From positions 1-56,614 of IMG/VR virus record IMGVR_UViG_3300031774_000018: a DNA stretch of 56,614 nt, one strand, 5' to 3'. The position numbers and the translations under genes are program-made. The notes below the pieces were generated by a model that saw only the letters and a list, made by a program, of their open reading frames with translations, was not told the DNA's origin and did not search any database. Origin of the DNA: a virus. Taxonomy: Duplodnaviria; Caudoviricetes. Positions 29,274 to 37,299 of the stretch are shown in pieces. Positions within the stretch are counted from its first letter, which is position 1; each line of letters starts with the position of its first letter.

Positions 29274-29981
29274 CTATATATGTATTACAAAGCCTGACAT
29301 ATCATGTCTAGCTTTACCCTTTGCTTTAAGACCGACAATCACATTGTCTTTATCTAAAAATCTTAAATCTGTTTCATCCCCATCAACCACTTCCCTGCCT
29401 TTAAAGTAGATAGGGAAAGCACCATTGAATACTACTGCTATATTATATGCAATCTTATCATACCATTTAGCATACTTATCATTAGCTTCTGAATAACTCC
29501 AAGTCAAATGATAGTTCTTGATATGTGATACTTTTCTTGTAGGTATCTTGGTGTAGTCATAGAACTGTATATCTGGGAAGTGTTCAAACATAGTCTTGCC
29601 TTTGTATAGTTTGTGTTCCCATTGTATATCACTTGTGCCATTCAATCTAAATGAAGGTGTTATACCTTTGTTATTACAATAGTTTATAAACCTTGTAATT
29701 TCTGTATGTAATAACTCTATGAAATAATCATAATGGTTTAAATACATATCAGTCCTACGCTGTCTAGCATCCTGTATTCTATTGGTATTTTCTCCTTTCT
29801 TAAAAATACCCCCTCTACCTGCTGTATTTAAACAAGCAGTCTTACAAGATGCTACCTCTTGATAAGGACATATCTTAGTATTGATTGGTCTAAGGTGCAT
29901 TATAGCTGTAAGTATATTCTTATGCTTCTTAAACCCTTTTATAGTCTTTGGATTATTGACTGTTAATAATTGATATGCCAC
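29274..29981 (-). CDS. Gp88-like Cys-motif protein (possible Fe-S/radical-SAM-related)
   Basis: CP-x6-C-x3-CL..AGRG, RLNGTSDI, FYDYTK, YHLTWSYSE, GDETDLRFLD, LKAKG. Confidence 0.65.
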   Translation of the reverse strand: MAYQLLTVNNPKTIKGFKKHKNILTAIMHLRPINTKICPYQEVASCKTACLNTAGRGGIFKKGENTNRIQDARQRRTDMYLNHYDYFIELLHTEITRFINYCNNKGITPSFRLNGTSDIQWEHKLYKGKTMFEHFPDIQFYDYTKIPTRKVSHIKNYHLTWSYSEANDKYAKWYDKIAYNIAVVFNGAFPIYFKGREVVDGDETDLRFLDKDNVIVGLKAKGKARHDMSGFVIHI

Positions 29982-29992
29982 AACATTCTCCT

Positions 29993-30469
29993 TTATTTTA
30001 CAAATGTTTTAATTAATGACTCGACTATTGCTTTTGCATTAAAGTCGCCACTCATAGTTTGTAATCCTAGCTCATCTGATATTGACAGTCTAACACTATG
30101 AGGTATTCCAGTTTTTACTTCATAACTAGCATGTGATGAACTATACCCACCCCTATTGAAATCAAGATAAGTTCCTTCATAACCATGATAATAAGAATTT
30201 GACTTACCTTCACTATGACACACATTAAAATCCTCGATTAAACCACTTACTTCACTTGTTAAAGCATCTCTACTGTCTTCAATACTTTTAATATTATCAG
30301 TCATATTATTTATCTCAGATATTTTCTGTAAAATAACTTGACATACTCCACTATCTTCAAACTCTTTTACAAAGTCCTCTTTAGATTTAGTTTCCCAAGC
30401 AGTTTTTACTTGTCTTTCAATAATTTCTCTATCACATACTCTCATTCCTTTACTCATATTTATCTCCAT
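29993..30469 (-). CDS. Hypothetical protein
   Basis: 158-aa ORF; likely start at the second Met after GGAG. Confidence 0.6.
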   Translation of the reverse strand: MEINMSKGMRVCDREIIERQVKTAWETKSKEDFVKEFEDSGVCQVILQKISEINNMTDNIKSIEDSRDALTSEVSGLIEDFNVCHSEGKSNSYYHGYEGTYLDFNRGGYSSSHASYEVKTGIPHSVRLSISDELGLQTMSGDFNAKAIVESLIKTFVK

Positions 30470-30522
30470 AAATTAAATTCTGGTTTATTAAAATAGGAAA
30501 ACCAGCAAAACCTTTTTAACTA

Positions 30523-30933
30523 TTAACCTAGTAATCTTCTAAAAAATCCTACTACGCCTCTAGCATTATGTCTTTCAGACATTCTAACTATTTCTTCAAA
30601 ACTTTCAAAAGCATCTTGCATGTCTAAATTATGAGGGACACTCATGACTTGCATACCTTTATTAGTTTTACCTACATTCACTTTCTTTCCAAAGTAAATC
30701 TTCTTAGCAGGGTTCTTAAGTTGTTGATATGCCGATATTTTATTGAAGTGTAAACCTAAGAAGGTCTTACCTTTCGTATTTCCATATCTATTTTTTATAC
30801 CTCGAACTCTAAGAATATTAAACCCATTCCTAGAAGCATAAGCCCATAATCTCCTTTCAAGAAAAGAAGCTTCTGAAATTGCCTTTGTGGTGGCAGAACC
30901 ATTATTTGTATAAGTTATCATTATACTCTCCAT
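30523..30933 (-). CDS. Hypothetical basic protein
   Basis: 136-aa ORF. Confidence 0.6.
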   Translation of the reverse strand: MESIMITYTNNGSATTKAISEASFLERRLWAYASRNGFNILRVRGIKNRYGNTKGKTFLGLHFNKISAYQQLKNPAKKIYFGKKVNVGKTNKGMQVMSVPHNLDMQDAFESFEEIVRMSERHNARGVVGFFRRLLG

Positions 30934-30980
30934 TTAAATTAGGGCAGTATTTAATCGCAACTGCCCAAAGCGAATTATGA

Positions 30981-31328
30981 TTACCAGTCTTTCTTAACTA
31001 ACTGGACATCTAATGAATAGCCTTCTCGCATTTCATTAAATTCTGTTATAATCTCTTCAACTCTATCTTCACAAAACGATTGGACATCATCTCTGAGTTC
31101 ATCTTTCAAATACTCTTGGTCGTCAATCATTTGATTACAACGACTTTCCATGTCTTCCCACTCATATTTCATATCGTGATTAACACTCTCGACATCATCA
31201 AATCTAGCATTCAATTCCTGAATTTCATATTCACTAGATTGCACTTTATCATTCAATTTTGAGGCAACTATATAGTTAATCTCCTCGCTTAGTAGGTTCA
31301 ACAACCAATTTTTAATAATATTTTTCAT
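30981..31328 (-). CDS. Hypothetical acidic coiled-coil protein
   Basis: 115 aa, GGAGG RBS, downstream of an early promoter. Confidence 0.6.
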   Translation of the reverse strand: MKNIIKNWLLNLLSEEINYIVASKLNDKVQSSEYEIQELNARFDDVESVNHDMKYEWEDMESRCNQMIDDQEYLKDELRDDVQSFCEDRVEEIITEFNEMREGYSLDVQLVKKDW

Positions 31329-31387
31329 ATTTAAAGCCCTCCCAGACTATTTAAAATACACTTCAACATCTTGTGTGCCGAAGTGAT

Positions 31388-31456
31388 GACAAGCTTACAC
31401 CCTGCCCCGACAGATGTCAAGGCAAGTTAAAGCTTTAAGACTACTCTTTCTTTGAT
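31388..31456 (-). promoter_or_regulatory. Early promoter cassette copy 1
   Basis: TTGACA-N17-TAAGCT (31420-31392) plus about 36 nt of upstream sequence shared with 32311-32379. Confidence 0.8.
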
Positions 31457-31467
31457 AGTTATAATTA

Positions 31468-31866
31468 CTATCTACAAAGAGCATCATACATCTCTTGCGT
31501 TTCATATCTATCATGAACAGATATATATTTACTGATTGGATAACCAACCATCTTTTCTAACTGGCTAGTGATAGTTGAATTAACTTCTGCTATCATTCCA
31601 TTAGACATTGGTCCAATTAAATTCTTTCTGTTCGGATGATAAGGTCGTAAATGAAATCCAAATTGAGGTCTAAATCCAAACATATACAAATCTTTATCAT
31701 CTGTATTCACTTCTTTTTTCCAATAGCAATCAGAAAGTTTTAGTTCACCTCTATCAATTCCATCTTCCCAATCTATTTCCATAGATAGTTTAATTTCATC
31801 AAATCCTTCTGTATAGTCAGGACTGCCATGCGTAGATTTTAGTAAGGGTGCTGTGTTAAAAGCCAT
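31468..31866 (-). CDS. Hypothetical protein
   Basis: 132 aa, AGGAG RBS; LIGPMSNG and ISVHDRYE segments. Confidence 0.65.
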   Translation of the reverse strand: MAFNTAPLLKSTHGSPDYTEGFDEIKLSMEIDWEDGIDRGELKLSDCYWKKEVNTDDKDLYMFGFRPQFGFHLRPYHPNRKNLIGPMSNGMIAEVNSTITSQLEKMVGYPISKYISVHDRYETQEMYDALCR

Positions 31867-31875
31867 AATATTCTC

Positions 31876-32019
31876 CTATATTATAATTAATGCGATTATA
31901 ACCATTACAATCGCTAGTGGTTTTAATATATACCAGTTAATTCTAAAAAGCAAGCTCTCATTTGCTTGTCTTTTAAAATCTTTCTGAAATAAAGCCCATT
32001 CTTGATATATTTTATTCAT
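31876..32019 (-). CDS. Small membrane protein (47 aa)
   Basis: Not in ORF track; AGGAG RBS, hydrophobic C-terminus PLAIVMVIIALIII. Confidence 0.55.
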   Translation of the reverse strand: MNKIYQEWALFQKDFKRQANESLLFRINWYILKPLAIVMVIIALIII

Positions 32020-32031
32020 ATTTTACTCCTT

Positions 32032-32256
32032 TTAAAATTGTTGGACAGTCCAAACTGTTCCCATTTCCATACTATCATTACTAAAAAAATCATAATTTGA
32101 TTTTAGAAAAGCATGTTGCCTTTTGGATTTGTGTTGCCACATCTCACTTCTATCCTCTTTATAATTATTCCTAGATTTATAGGAAAATCCCAGTTCATAT
32201 AGATACTGAGTAGCCCTATCATGAGTAGTAAATTTAATAACATTGTGTTTTTTCAT
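32032..32256 (-). CDS. Hypothetical early protein (74 aa, start corrected to MKKHNV)
   Basis: GGAGG RBS precedes ATG at 32256; the longer ORF would overlap the promoter. Confidence 0.65.
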   Translation of the reverse strand: MKKHNVIKFTTHDRATQYLYELGFSYKSRNNYKEDRSEMWQHKSKRQHAFLKSNYDFFSNDSMEMGTVWTVQQF

Positions 32257-32310
32257 AAAAACCTCCATAAGTTTTAAAAAAACATCATGACAACCCTGCC
32301 ACGACTTGCC

Positions 32311-32379
32311 GACAAGCTTACACCCCATCACCGAAGATGTCAACCCAAGTTAAAACTTTAAAACTACTCTTTCTTTGAT
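32311..32379 (-). promoter_or_regulatory. Early promoter cassette copy 2
   Basis: TTGACA-N17-TAAGCT (32343-32315) with conserved upstream block atcaaagaaagagtagt.ttaaag.tttaacttg. Confidence 0.8.
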
Positions 32380-32462
32380 GTTTAAAATTTGTAATATATT
32401 ATGCAAAAACTATTAAATTTTATTAAAATAAATCTAAAAATACCAAAAATCATGTAAAAATA

Positions 32463-32550
32463 GTTATCCACAGGTAATTAACAGCATATTAACAGGTAAT
32501 TAACAGCATATTAACAGCATTTTAACAGTATTTTCACAGTTTTTTAACAC
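32463..32550. repeat. DnaA box plus 11-bp-period TTAACAG array
   Basis: TTATCCACA at 32464-32472; TTAAC at 32478, 32489, 32500, 32511, 32522, 32544 and TTCAC at 32533. Confidence 0.85.
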
Positions 32551-32780
32551 ATTTGTAAAAATTTCCCTCAACCTACTGCCTGCCTATTATTTAACTAATT
32601 AACTAAAATTAATTAATTAAATCTATCTAGTTATTTCTAACTTCTGCATGCCCCCTTAAAGTTCTGAGAATATTCCATACCCCTCAAATTGTTAAATAAG
32701 TAAAAAGATATGAAAGATTACCGAGAATATCGCTAAAATGCGAACTTCAAAGCACAATTATAGCATGGAAATTGGTATTT

Positions 32781-32817
32781 AAAAAAAGCTCCCAGACTCC
32801 AAAGCCTGAGAGCTTTT
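32781..32817 (-). terminator. Probable intrinsic terminator after 32823..33095
   Basis: AAAAGCTC...GAGCTTTT stem followed by a T7 run on the minus strand. Confidence 0.55.
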
Positions 32818-32822
32818 AAAGG

Positions 32823-33095
32823 CTAGCTTTGCTTTTGAGCTATATATTTCTCTATCTGAGTATTATATTTAGCTGGAAGCTTGTTCTTACTGAACATTGC
32901 ATTAGCTTCTGCAAAAGTAAGCGTTTTCTTCTTGGCGTTTCCAAAAAGACAGCCTAATATTCTCTTCTGGAGTTGCCAGTTCATCTTGCCCTTGTTATTG
33001 GCAAACTTTAAAGAGAGCCCACGACATTGCGAGAATGTTGCAGGATTTGCTTGCTCCTCTTTCGAGAAGTCGTTTATATTAAATGTATTTTCCAT
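32823..33095 (-). CDS. Early hypothetical protein in the left arm of the fold-back
   Basis: 90 aa, strong AAGGAGG RBS, terminator downstream. Confidence 0.75.
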   Translation of the reverse strand: MENTFNINDFSKEEQANPATFSQCRGLSLKFANNKGKMNWQLQKRILGCLFGNAKKKTLTFAEANAMFSKNKLPAKYNTQIEKYIAQKQS

Positions 33096-33096
33096 G

Positions 33097-33300
33097 TTAT
33101 ACCTCCTTAGGTGTTATGGATTGGTTAATCCCTTGAATGTAAGCTTCTAGGGCGTTTATTTCGGGAAGGTTAGTTCCCATTATTCCGATGACTTTATTGC
33201 CGACACTAGCGTTAGCTCTGGCGACCTTAGAGGCATCTGAAATCGATTGAAACTCAAGAGTTTCTTTGTTTCCGAAAGTTAAGTGTATATAGTTTGTCAT
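33097..33300 (-). CDS. Early hypothetical protein in the left arm of the fold-back (start MTNYIH, near-leaderless)
   Basis: ATG at 33300 lies 9 nt downstream of the -10 box; stop abuts the next gene. Confidence 0.65.
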   Translation of the reverse strand: MTNYIHLTFGNKETLEFQSISDASKVARANASVGNKVIGIMGTNLPEINALEAYIQGINQSITPKEV

Positions 33301-33309
33301 AATAAAATA

Positions 33310-33338
33310 ATTATAATCCATTTCTTCTAGAAGTGCAA
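33310..33338 (-). promoter_or_regulatory. sigma70-type promoter next to the fold-back loop
   Basis: TTGCAC-N17-TATAAT on the minus strand. Confidence 0.7.
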
Positions 33339-34279
33339 GGTTTTGTGAGGCACGAGCAAACTTTAGACTACCTTGTTCTTATAGAAAAATAGGATTATTT
33401 TAGTTTTGTTATGGGGAACTATAGACACTATAACTTACGAGAGACAAGGGAGCTCTGCTAGTTCAATCAGGTTTCAGGTGTCTTTGAGGTTGGGAGAGCT
33501 AAACGCTAGTAGTTGGAGAGGAAGTCATCTGGAATAATGAGGGAGTAAGCTTGCTGGAATGAATGTTCTAGAAGCTTTAACATTCAAGAGGATTAAGCGA
33601 TTCATGATGCCTAAGGAGAATATAACATGAGGAAATGCGTTTGATGTATTCGAGTTCTTGATTTGTCTTAGCAAGTGAATCCTGCATCATCGGAAGCTTT
33701 GTTGTGGGCATTAGAGTTCTTGCCAATGTTATGGGCATTTGAATTGGCATTGGGTTTAGAGAATATAGGGTGTCGCCCATTAGGTAGCCAAGAAGAAAAC
33801 ATTTTTTAGACATAGAAGCTAATGTAATGTTCTTTTATCTTACAAGCTTACAATTTCTTTCTATACTCAGATTGAGAAATGTTTTCTCTGCCTGCAAAGC
33901 TTTTAAAGTAGCTTTCAGGTTTTGGAGTCTGGGATTTATTAGTGCTAAATACACACTTGAAAACTTTAATGGCTTTGTAAACTAGAATAATGTGATAGTC
34001 TTGATGAAGGAAACACTTGGTAGCACTAATAAATCTTTCATATCTTTGGAATCTTCAAAGTCTATAGAAGGGGCAGGCAGGCTACCATGCCCTCCACCCT
34101 ATATATACATCTAATACTCATACAAAATTCTACAAATCTACCATTAACTAGATTTAACAACTAGTTTACATCCCGACTATCAGGAGTTATATTTTTTAAG
34201 GTTTACTTGATGGTTTTCCAGAGTATGGAAATAAGGTTATAGCTAGAGGCTATATATGTACCCGGGAGGGCACTATGTT

Positions 34280-34308
34280 ATTATACATATCATATACTCT
34301 TTTGTCAA
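34280..34308 (-). promoter_or_regulatory. Consensus leftward promoter facing the non-coding arm
   Basis: TTGACA-N17-TATAAT on the minus strand. Confidence 0.8.
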
Positions 34309-34335
34309 TACTTATTTAAGTTTATTATAAAATAC

Positions 34336-34364
34336 TTGACAAATCTAGTATACAACTATATACT
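34336..34364 (+). promoter_or_regulatory. Rightward promoter for the late operon (leaderless terS)
   Basis: TTGACA-N17-TATACT; ATG 6 nt after the -10 box, no SD. Confidence 0.8.
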
Positions 34365-34370
34365 TATAAC

Positions 34371-34802
34371 ATGGCAATACTTCCAAGTATAAGTAACGAT
34401 AATAAAAGAAGAGAACTAACTGACAAGCAACAGTCGTTCTTAGATAACCTTGTGGAAACACAGGGGGATGCTAAGAAGGCTGCTGAATTAGCAGGATATA
34501 CTTCTCATTATCATCATGTTGTAAAGACTTTAAAGTCTGAGATACTTGAATTAACTCAGGAAGTATTAGCAAACTCTGCACCTAAAGCAGCTTTTAAGCT
34601 AGTTGAGATAATGGAATCTAACAAACCCATCCCTCAAGCTAGTAATAAATTAACTGCTGCTCAAACTCTACTAGATAGAGTAGGCGTAGGGAAGATTGAT
34701 AAAGTAGATGTAAATCATAATGTCAATACCGGTGGTATCTTTTTAATGCCCGATAAAAATCCTATAGATATAGAAGGCGATTATGAAGAACTATTGGATT
34801 GA
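34371..34802 (+). CDS. Terminase small subunit (putative)
   Basis: LTDKQQSFL...GDAKKAAELAGY HTH-type N-terminus, AAQTLLDRVG; upstream of terL. Confidence 0.75.
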   Translation: MAILPSISNDNKRRELTDKQQSFLDNLVETQGDAKKAAELAGYTSHYHHVVKTLKSEILELTQEVLANSAPKAAFKLVEIMESNKPIPQASNKLTAAQTLLDRVGVGKIDKVDVNHNVNTGGIFLMPDKNPIDIEGDYEELLD

Positions 34803-34887
34803 GGTTTGGGAGTTTTGTAAAGAATATCCCGGATGGGCTGCTGCTTTCTTTTTGTGTGGTTATTTAATAGGTGCTTTGTACTTATGA
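34783..34887 (+). CDS. Small membrane peptide (34 aa)
   Basis: MKNYWIEVWEFCKEYPGWAAAFFLCGYLIGALYL; not in track. Confidence 0.4.
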   Translation: MKNYWIEVWEFCKEYPGWAAAFFLCGYLIGALYL

Positions 34888-34982
34888 TATCCAGACTCTT
34901 AGATAGATTTCATATATTAATGAAGTCAGGTAGATTGCCAAAGATTTTAAAACTTTGTAATATAAAATAAAAGGAGTAAGAA

Positions 34983-35129
34983 ATGGAAAGTATTATAGGA
35001 GTTGTTATAGCTCTAATAGTAATAGGTGGTTTTGTATATAAGGTTAAGCCAGAATGGATGCAAGTAGCAGTCGATTGGTTTAATAACTTAGTACCAGCAC
35101 CTAAAAAAACTACTAAGAAGAAGAAGTAA
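34983..35129 (+). CDS. Small membrane protein (48 aa) with Lys-rich tail
   Basis: AAGGAG RBS; MESIIGVVIALIVIGGFVY...KKTTKKKK. Confidence 0.65.
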   Translation: MESIIGVVIALIVIGGFVYKVKPEWMQVAVDWFNNLVPAPKKTTKKKK

Positions 35130-35130
35130 C

Positions 35131-35349
35131 ATGCCAAACAAGTCACTAGGAAGCAATGAAAAGCCTGTCCTTTTGTCTAGTAAGAAGAATAAGGGAAGGT
35201 TATATTCACCTGCATCGCATGGAGGTAAAGGAGCTTCACCTAGATTCAATGTAAACTCAGAAAAATACTATGATGAATATGATAGGATTTTTAAACAAGG
35301 AAAGTATAGTAAACAAACTACCGATACCGATAAGGTTGAGGATGCGTAA
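35131..35349 (+). CDS. Hypothetical basic protein
   Basis: 72 aa, GGKGASPR...YDRIF segment. Confidence 0.6.
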   Translation: MPNKSLGSNEKPVLLSSKKNKGRLYSPASHGGKGASPRFNVNSEKYYDEYDRIFKQGKYSKQTTDTDKVEDA

Positions 35350-35411
35350 GAGGCTTCTTAGGACACATTCATTCACCTCGTTCTAAGAAGTCCAGCTTTT
35401 AAGGAATAAAA

Positions 35412-35663
35412 ATGGAATTACCAATAGATTATATTAGAAGAACATCATCTACAATACCTTTTGGTTATGAGATAGCAGATGATTTTGAAGGCTACTTAAA
35501 ACCTATACATGAAGAACTTAATGTATTAAGAGAAGTATCAGAAGCTGTCTTCCATAAAGAAATAAGTTTAGGAGTAGGTGTAGATTGGTTAGAAGCAGAG
35601 ACTGGTAGAAGAATGTCAAGACCCGGATTAAAAAAGATTGTAGATAAAAAGTATGCCAGATAA
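35412..35663 (+). CDS. Hypothetical protein, possible DNA-binding
   Basis: TIPFGY...WLEAETGRRMSRPGLKK; AAGGA RBS. Confidence 0.65.
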   Translation: MELPIDYIRRTSSTIPFGYEIADDFEGYLKPIHEELNVLREVSEAVFHKEISLGVGVDWLEAETGRRMSRPGLKKIVDKKYAR

Positions 35664-37299
35664 TGAAAAAAAATCAACAAAGTACTTGACAAACTCGCAA
35701 GGAGAGTATATACTTAATAAAGATGGTACTCCGAGAAAAAAGCCCGGGAGACCAAAGAATAGCGAACTGTCTGATATGCAATTAGCTTTAAGAGCTAAAA
35801 GTAAATTAGATAAAAAGAACAAGAAGGTTAAGAAATTAACTAGAAGTTTAACAAAGATAAAGAAAGAAGTAAAGACAGAAGAAAAGGTTCTTACTTCTAA
35901 TGTTCTAACGCAATCGGAAACTACAGAGTTACCGGATGCTATACAAGAACACTTGAATGAAACTGGGGAGTATGTGGCATTTATGCCCAACGATGGTCCC
36001 CAAACAGATTTTTTAGCTGCTGGTGAGAAAGATGTACTCTACGGAGGAGCAGCAGGTGGTGGCAAAAGTTTTGCAATGTTAATTGACCCATTGCGATATT
36101 GTCACTACGCAGAACATAGAGCTCTAATATTAAGAAGGTCTATGCCTGAGTTAAGAGAACTTATAGATAAGTCTCGTGAACTCTACCCTAAAGCATTTAA
36201 AGGTGCTAAGTTTAGGGAAGTAGAAAAGCTTTGGCAATTCCCAAGTGGAGCTAAAATAGAATTTGGGTTCTTGGAACGAGATGCAGATGTTTATCGTTAT
36301 CAAGGACAAGCGTACAGTTGGATAGGTTTTGATGAGATTACTCACTTACCTACAGAGTTTGGATGGAACTACTTAGCTTCAAGGTTAAGAACTACAAATC
36401 CAGAAATACAAACTTATCTAAGATGTACAGCTAACCCCGGTGGTGTAGGTGCACAATGGGTTAAGAAAAGATATGTAGAAGCGTCTGAACATAATAAAAC
36501 TTTTTTAGGTTCAGATGGTTTAACAAGAAAGTTTATTCCAGCATTATTGCAGGATAATCCGTATCTCGCCGAAGATGGTGAATACGAAAGGATGCTAGAA
36601 TCCTTACCGGCAGTTCAAAGAAAGCAACTGTTAGAAGGAAACTGGGATGTAGCAGAAGGAGCAGCGTTTGCTGAATTTTCTCCAGATGCACATATTATAA
36701 CACCTTTCGAAATACCTTCTTGGTGGGAGAGATTAAAAGGATTAGACTATGGTTATGCTGCAGAAAGTTGTTGTCTATGGGCTGCTATAGACCCCGATGA
36801 TAAGACCATCATTATATATAGAGAATTATACAGGAAGGGTCTAACAGGGGATGCACTCGGCGACACTATAACCGAAATGGAACAGAACGAAATTAAATCT
36901 ATTCCGGGAGTTTTAGATACTGCTGCATGGTCAAGAACTGGATATACAGGTCCTACTATTGGTGAGATACTTGTCAATAAAGGACATAAATTAAGAAGAG
37001 CTGATAAAAATAGAATAGCTGGTAAGACTCAAATACATGAGCACTTAAGACAGCGTGAAGGAGTAGGAAGACCTAGATTGCAAATTTTTAATAATTGTGT
37101 TAATTTAATAAAAGAATTGCAAGGTATTCCAATGTCTTCAACGAATCCGGAGGATGTGGACACACATGCTGCCGACCATGCATATGATGCACTTAGGTAT
37201 TTAATAATGAGTAGACCTAGACTAGACCATCCACACGATAGGATGTTAAGGATAAAATCCGATATATATCAACCTTCTGATAATACATTTGGATATTAA
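35653..37299 (+). CDS. terL: Terminase large subunit
   Basis: Walker A YGGAAGGGKS, Walker B IGFDE, TANPGG, nuclease DYG and DHAYDALRY. Confidence 0.96.
   Translation: MPDNEKKSTKYLTNSQGEYILNKDGTPRKKPGRPKNSELSDMQLALRAKSKLDKKNKKVKKLTRSLTKIKKEVKTEEKVLTSNVLTQSETTELPDAIQEHLNETGEYVAFMPNDGPQTDFLAAGEKDVLYGGAAGGGKSFAMLIDPLRYCHYAEHRALILRRSMPELRELIDKSRELYPKAFKGAKFREVEKLWQFPSGAKIEFGFLERDADVYRYQGQAYSWIGFDEITHLPTEFGWNYLASRLRTTNPEIQTYLRCTANPGGVGAQWVKKRYVEASEHNKTFLGSDGLTRKFIPALLQDNPYLAEDGEYERMLESLPAVQRKQLLEGNWDVAEGAAFAEFSPDAHIITPFEIPSWWERLKGLDYGYAAESCCLWAAIDPDDKTIIIYRELYRKGLTGDALGDTITEMEQNEIKSIPGVLDTAAWSRTGYTGPTIGEILVNKGHKLRRADKNRIAGKTQIHEHLRQREGVGRPRLQIFNNCVNLIKELQGIPMSSTNPEDVDTHAADHAYDALRYLIMSRPRLDHPHDRMLRIKSDIYQPSDNTFGY

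Larger units (their letters stand above)
32790..33934 (+). repeat. Giant imperfect inverted repeat (fold-back), centre about 33355; outer patches to about 32625/34153
   Basis: Colinear nested pairing of both arms over about 550 bp each, with many G.T-compatible substitutions on the + strand. Confidence 0.92.

Noticed and set aside
32257-32343. N-terminal extension of ORF 32032..32343
   Set aside because: Overlaps the promoter cassette; a good RBS precedes the ATG at 32256.
32463-32550. Short repeat array as CRISPR
   Set aside because: Units are 11 bp with no unique spacers and no cas genes.
33577-33813. 78-aa minus-strand ORF in the right arm of the fold-back
   Set aside because: No RBS, atypical composition; the sequence is explained as the mirrored arm.
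33371-33934. Right arm as an ordinary pseudogene or inverted gene duplication
   Set aside because: Substitutions are biased to + strand G.T-compatible changes and alternate with unpaired blocks, which fits structural selection better than neutral decay.
34884-34970. 28-aa ORF MISRLLDRFH...
   Set aside because: Fits the gap with ATGA coupling but is too short, with no RBS or motif to support a call.
35412-35663. PFGY-containing ORF as a serine recombinase/integrase
   Set aside because: Only 83 aa with no catalytic domain; no evidence for lysogeny.
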